A stretch of 63,691 bases of DNA, the filler included, from Octopus bimaculoides (lineage: Eukaryota), in NCBI RefSeq assembly GCF_001194135.2. It is 5 parts of 4 records of this genome, joined end to end, with 100 filler letters (N's around TTAATTAATTAA, not from the genome) between each part and the next. Parts side by side here need not be neighbours in the genome. Positions count along the whole stretch, not along the records: positions 56,823 to 63,691 come from NC_069010.1; 4 more parts are not named here. One strand, 5' to 3'. The translations under genes were made by a program, and so were the position numbers. The notes under the pieces were generated by a model that had not been told where the DNA came from, made no database searches, and saw nothing but the letters and a program-made list of their open reading frames with translations. Shown piece after piece: positions 61,272 to 63,691 of this stretch. Position 1 is the first letter of the stretch. Each line of letters begins with the position of its first letter.

Positions 61272-61503
61272 CTTTTACTGGTTTCACTCATTTGACTGTA
61301 GCCATACTGGAGCACTGCCTTTAGTCGAGAAAATCAACTGGAACGCTCGTCGTCGTAACTGACGGAGGGCCAATCTATATTCTTTGATTCTCTTATCCTT
61401 TTACTGGTTTCACTCATTTGACTGTGGCCATACTGGAGCACTGCCTTTAGTCGAGAAAATCAACTGGAACGCTCGTCGTCGTAACTGACGGAGGGCCAAT
61501 CTA
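61272..61503. repeat. 126-bp-period tandem duplication of a chimeric SINE-A/SINE-C tail unit, next to a gap
   Basis: Units start at 61272 and 61398 and differ at one base over about 105 bp. Confidence 0.85.
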
Positions 61504-62496
61504 NNNNNNNNNNNNNNNNNNNNNNNNNNNNNNNNNNNNNNNNNNNNNNNNNNNNNNNNNNNNNNNNNNNNNNNNNNNNNNNNNNNNNNNNNNNNNNNNN
61601 NNNNNNNNNNNNNNNNNNNNNNNNNNNNNNNNNNNNNNNNNNNNNNNNNNNNNNNNNNNNNNNNNNNNNNNNNNNNNNNNNNNNNNNNNNNNNNNNNNNN
61701 NNNNNNNNNNNNNNNNNNNNNNNNNNNNNNNNNNNNNNNNNNNNNNNNNNNNNNNNNNNNNNNNNNNNNNNNNNNNNNNNNNNNNNNNNNNNNNNNNNNN
61801 NNNNNNNNNNNNNNNNNNNNNNNNNNNNNNNNNNNNNNNNNNNNNNNNNNNNNNNNNNNNNNNNNNNNNNNNNNNNNNNNNNNNNNNNNNNNNNNNNNNN
61901 NNNNNNNNNNNNNNNNNNNNNNNNNNNNNNNNNNNNNNNNNNNNNNNNNNNNNNNNNNNNNNNNNNNNNNNNNNNNNNNNNNNNNNNNNNNNNNNNNNNN
62001 NNNNNNNNNNNNNNNNNNNNNNNNNNNNNNNNNNNNNNNNNNNNNNNNNNNNNNNNNNNNNNNNNNNNNNNNNNNNNNNNNNNNNNNNNNNNNNNNNNNN
62101 NNNNNNNNNNNNNNNNNNNNNNNNNNNNNNNNNNNNNNNNNNNNNNNNNNNNNNNNNNNNNNNNNNNNNNNNNNNNNNNNNNNNNNNNNNNNNNNNNNNN
62201 NNNNNNNNNNNNNNNNNNNNNNNNNNNNNNNNNNNNNNNNNNNNNNNNNNNNNNNNNNNNNNNNNNNNNNNNNNNNNNNNNNNNNNNNNNNNNNNNNNNN
62301 NNNNNNNNNNNNNNNNNNNNNNNNNNNNNNNNNNNNNNNNNNNNNNNNNNNNNNNNNNNNNNNNNNNNNNNNNNNNNNNNNNNNNNNNNNNNNNNNNNNN
62401 NNNNNNNNNNNNNNNNNNNNNNNNNNNNNNNNNNNNNNNNNNNNNNNNNNNNNNNNNNNNNNNNNNNNNNNNNNNNNNNNNNNTAATTTTGAGAAT

Positions 62497-62837
62497 ATCA
62501 TCATCATCATCATCGTTTAACATCCGCTTTCCATGCTAGCATGGGTTGGACGATTTGACTGAGGACTGGTGAAACCAGATGGCTGCACCAGGCTCCAATC
62601 TGATTTGGCAGAGTTTCTACAGCTGGATGCCCTTCCTAACGCCAACCACTCCGAGAGTGTAGTGGGTGCTTTTTACGCGCCATTGGCACGAAGGCCAGTC
62701 AGGAGGTACTGGCAACAGCCACGCTCAAAATGGTGTATTTTACGTGCCACCTGCACAAGAGCCAGTCCAGCAGCACTGGCAACGATCCCACTCAAATGTC
62801 TTTGCACGTGCCAGGAAGGCGACGCTGGTAACGATCA
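62497..62837 (-). mobile_element. RTE 3' UTR-only copy in BLMH intron
   Basis: Highly similar to 45843-46180; (GAT)n tail. Confidence 0.9.
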
Positions 62838-63012
62838 ATAATATTAAAGGGACAGGAATGAAATGACTGAAAACATACACTTTCCTCTTCAGGAAACATA
62901 CGCATACTAAATATATTTTCCCCACAAAACATCATTGTTAAAATAGGGTATGCATCTTACATAGCTGCAAATGCGGTTATTCTTTCATTCATTTATTATC
63001 TTCTTCTTGCAG

Positions 63013-63168
63013 TTATACACCATCCTGTCTGTTACCTTGGGTACGCCACCCAAAGAGTTCGTCTGGGATTATTACAATAAATCAAAAGCTTATAACTCTA
63101 TCGGACCCATCTCACCTCATGACTTTTACCACCAACACATCAAACCTGTGTCTGATGTCACAGATATG
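63013..63168 (+). CDS. BLMH: Bleomycin hydrolase exon (156 bp)
   Basis: LYTILSVTLGTPPKEFVWDYYNKSKAYNSIGPISPHDFYHQHIKPVSDVTDM aligns with human LGNPPETFTWEY..IGPITPLEFY..VKP; TTGCAG acceptor, GTAAGA donor. Confidence 0.95.
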
Positions 63169-63344
63169 GTAAGATACCAGGTCTTTTTTCTTTTTATTTT
63201 CTGTTTACTGTCATTAAGCTGAGGCCATGTTGGAGCAATGCCTTTGTATTTAATACATAGTTTACCTCTCTCTCTCTCTCTCTCTCTCTTTCTTTTATGT
63301 TTTCTTTTATTAATTATTGTGTATTTTAAACCTTTTTGTTACCA

Positions 63345-63563
63345 TCATCATCATCGTTTAACGTCTGCTTTCCATGCTAGCATGGGTTGGACGATTTGAC
63401 TGAGGACTGGTGGAACCCGAAGGCTACACAAGGCTCCAATCTGATTTGGCAGAGTTTCTACAGCTGGATGCCCTTCCTAACGCCAACCACTCTGAGAGTG
63501 TAGTGGGTACTTTTACGTGCCACCGGCACGAAGGCCAGTCAGGCGGTACTGGCAACGGCCACC
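63345..63563 (-). mobile_element. RTE 3' UTR-only copy in BLMH intron
   Basis: Same family and orientation as 62497-62837, shorter. Confidence 0.9.
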
Positions 63564-63691
63564 ATATTTTTGTAAACATATGCTGTCTTTGTTTCAGTTA
63601 TTTTTTTAAAAATAGTGAAATATTAAATAATAAGAGTAGAAATTAAGCACTTTGTAGGTGTGAAACGAATGGTCACTCTGTGACTGACCAT

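Noticed and set aside
60696-61295. 199-aa ORF as a single BLMH exon
   Set aside because: Only 60891-61121 is homologous and bounded by AG/GT; the flanks are intronic read-through.

Overview
AT-rich, microsatellite-laden animal DNA from a gapped draft assembly. The repeat families and composition point to a coleoid cephalopod, most likely Octopus (inference, no database search). One host gene is supported: four in-frame coding exons of bleomycin hydrolase (BLMH, peptidase C1B) on the + strand at 59554-63168. Its first coding exon and one internal exon are not visible (probably in gaps) and the gene continues past the window end. The rest is mostly decayed transposons: at least four tRNA-derived SINE families, RTE, CR1/L2-group, R4/Dong-like and Tx1/L1-like LINEs, a Gypsy pol relic, several Penelope-like elements (PLEs), Tc1/mariner (DD37D maT-like and mariner) copies, MITEs and Helentron-like non-autonomous elements. 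No CRISPR array, rRNA or intact tRNA was found. The most interesting signals lie in the 45-59 kb block upstream of BLMH exon 2: (1) a copy-specific 42-bp near-perfect hairpin created inside an RTE 3' UTR; (2) a Penelope insertion with an inverted 3' duplicate, both arms carrying a decayed minimal hammerhead ribozyme, and a GIY-YIG motif apparently split by about 145 low-complexity codons; (3) a 230-bp fold-back element; (4) marked CpG depletion suggesting that this dsRNA-prone block is methylated and perhaps transcribed. A LINE-SINE shared 3' tail, a 129-bp locally templated insertion and microsatellite-targeted R4/Dong remnants are also visible. All alignments and counts were done by eye. Coordinates of decayed repeats are approximate (tens of bp); exon and hairpin coordinates were counted exactly.
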